Below, one piece after another: positions 14,935-16,000 of a stretch of DNA of 16,000 bases. The number at the start of each line of letters is the position of its first letter. Within the stretch, counting starts at the first letter, position 1. Both the position numbers and the translations under genes were made by a program. Below the pieces are notes generated by a model. That model did no database searches. It was not told where the DNA came from and worked only from the letters and a program-made list of their open reading frames with translations. This DNA comes from Aquabacterium sp. (GTDB lineage Bacteria > Pseudomonadota > Gammaproteobacteria > Burkholderiales > Burkholderiaceae_C), in NCBI RefSeq assembly GCF_016195855.1, contig NZ_JACPYU010000025.1, positions 20,953-36,952 of the forward strand, given 5' to 3'.

Positions 14935-16000
14935 TCACATCGCCTTGACCGCCCAACTCAAGGAAACCTGCGTGCCCTCGCCGGGGCGCGATCGCACCTC
15001 CAGGTCAGCACCCAGTTGCGCTGCGCGATGCGCCAGGTTGCGCAGCCCCCGGCCTCCCGGCCGCCCTGCTTCAAAACCTCGGCCGTCGTCACGTATCACG
15101 ATCCTGTTCGTGCGGGAGGTTTCGTCGTGGCTGGCATGCACCCAGACACTGCCCGCACCAGAGTGCTTGATGACGTTCGAGAAGGTTTCGTACAACAAGC
15201 GCTGCAGATGGTTGATGTGCGAGGCGCTCAGATGCGCATCCGCAGGCAGCGGGGCCACCTCCCACATCACCTTGAACCCGGCCTTGCGCAAGCGCGCATC
15301 CAGCCTGAAGCGCAACTGGCCCAGCAGGCTGGACAGGTCTTCACCAATCGGCTCCAGCGAGTCGATGGTCAGGCGCATTTGATTCAAGGCCTCGTTGAGC
15401 TCATCGAGCAACTCGTCTCGGGTGAAGGTGCCAGACTCCACCGTCGACAACATGCCCACCAACTGGGAGCCCAGGCCATCGTGCATGTCGCGCACGATGC
15501 GGGCACGCTCATCGATGACGGCCTCGGTCTGCGCACGCTGGCGTTCACGCGCATGCAAGGCTTCCAGCTCTTGCCGCTGCGCCGCAACCTCTTGCTGCAA
15601 GGCCTCCTTGTGGCGCCCTTCGAGTGCCAGCGCCGCGCTCACACGCACATAAACAAACACACAGGCCACGAACAAGGCGCTCAAAGCCATGAGCGGGGCC
15701 AGACGCAGGTGCTCAAAGCTGAGCGGATCCAGGGATTGCTTGTCGTGCCAGTTTTCCAGCCCGGCGATGACGGCCGTCCCCATGCAGCCCAGCAGGATCA
15801 AGGCGCTGGGCCAGGAAGGCTTGCGCCACACCGAGGCGATGGAGATCACCGAGCCCCACAGCCCAAGCGCATGGGCCATGTAGAACCACCCCGTCACCAG
15901 AGAACCCGCTTCGGCCTCTGAATGGGAAACCCGCCACCAGATCAACACCGGCAACAAGGCCAGTGCGCCCACGATCAGGCGGCACCAGATGGGGGCCCGC
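14935..16000 (-). CDS. Membrane-embedded sensor histidine kinase, HisKA_3 (NarX/LiaS/DesK) class; 5' end probably beyond the window
   Basis: H-box ERARIVRDMHDGLGSQLVGML, N-box FSNVIKHSGA, G1 IRDDGRGF and G2 GRGLRNLAHRAAQLGADLEV. At least three TM helices lie upstream, with only short loops. The track start at 15972 is a GTG, and the frame stays open (RAPIWCRLI) to nt 16000, so I treat the N-terminus as truncated. Confidence 0.88.
   Translation of the reverse strand, partial: RAPIWCRLIVGALALLPVLIWWRVSHSEAEAGSLVTGWFYMAHALGLWGSVISIASVWRKPSWPSALILLGCMGTAVIAGLENWHDKQSLDPLSFEHLRLAPLMALSALFVACVFVYVRVSAALALEGRHKEALQQEVAAQRQELEALHARERQRAQTEAVIDERARIVRDMHDGLGSQLVGMLSTVESGTFTRDELLDELNEALNQMRLTIDSLEPIGEDLSSLLGQLRFRLDARLRKAGFKVMWEVAPLPADAHLSASHINHLQRLLYETFSNVIKHSGAGSVWVHASHDETSRTNRIVIRDDGRGFEAGRPGGRGLRNLAHRAAQLGADLEVRSRPGEGTQVSLSWAVKAM

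Noticed and set aside
24-15921. Other long antisense ORFs in the track: 24..986 (+), 2262..3182 (+), 5798..6715 (-), 7178..8149 (-), 10811..11968 (-), 12018..12773 (+), 13400..13831 (+), 14851..15921 (+), plus many 60-180 aa ORFs nested in real genes
   Set aside because: Each lies opposite or out of frame to a gene with clear family signatures (MCP, response regulator, PrpB, PrpC, PrpF, OmpW, PEP-CTERM, histidine kinase). Each has the same Arg/Gly/His/Gln-rich composition, with no SD and no motifs.
1-16000. Mobile element, prophage, defence island or toxin-antitoxin content
   Set aside because: I looked on both strands for integrase, transposase or recombinase motifs, terminal inverted repeats, tRNA targets, nuclease, helicase or ATPase gene pairs, and small overlapping gene pairs. 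None was found. All sizeable ORFs are accounted for by chemosensory, redox, propionate-catabolic, envelope and signalling genes.
14935-16000. Kinase considered as PrsK of the PEP-CTERM-associated PrsK/PrsR system
   Set aside because: Its H-box (RDMHDGLGSQL) and dimerisation region are HisKA_3 (NarX/DesK class), not the NtrB-like class expected for PrsK. No sigma-54 activator gene is adjacent.

Overview
High-GC chromosomal segment, about 65% or more over most of its length by hand counts. Protein style suggests a betaproteobacterium, possibly Comamonadaceae-like, but the taxon is inference only. I see no rRNA, tRNA, CRISPR array, transposase, integrase or recognisable defence gene.

Gene order:
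1. Minus strand, 1-3110: a Pil-Chp type chemosensory cluster. It runs atypical two-domain response regulator, CheY-like regulator, CheW-like coupler, then a PilJ-like MCP that runs off the left edge.
2. Plus strand, 3366-5546: a heme-protein trio. An uncharacterisable secreted 343 aa protein with one CxxCH comes first, then cytochrome c', then a cytochrome b561-family membrane protein. The first two genes sit in a visibly lower-GC patch.
3. 5551-5768: a textbook sigma-54 control region with a GTTTCA repeat array, an IHF-consensus site and TGGCAC-N5-TTGCA. No activator gene is in the window.
4. Plus strand, 5816-12052: the 2-methylcitrate cycle operon prpB-prpC-acnD-prpF (AcnD/PrpF variant). 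It has structured intergenic regions, including an intrinsic-terminator-like hairpin after prpC.
5. Minus strand, 12066-14746: two paralogous PEP-CTERM secreted proteins followed by an enlarged OmpW-family porin. A strong terminator sits between the paralogues.
6. Minus strand, 14935-16000: a membrane HisKA_3 (NarX/LiaS-class) histidine kinase that is probably 5'-truncated by the window.

Most long ORFs in the supplied track that lie opposite these genes are high-GC antisense artefacts.

The best candidates for something undescribed are the orphan heme protein with its cytochrome c'/b561 partners, and the PEP-CTERM/OmpW-like module with its repeat-rich upstream region. Neither can be proven novel without database searches.
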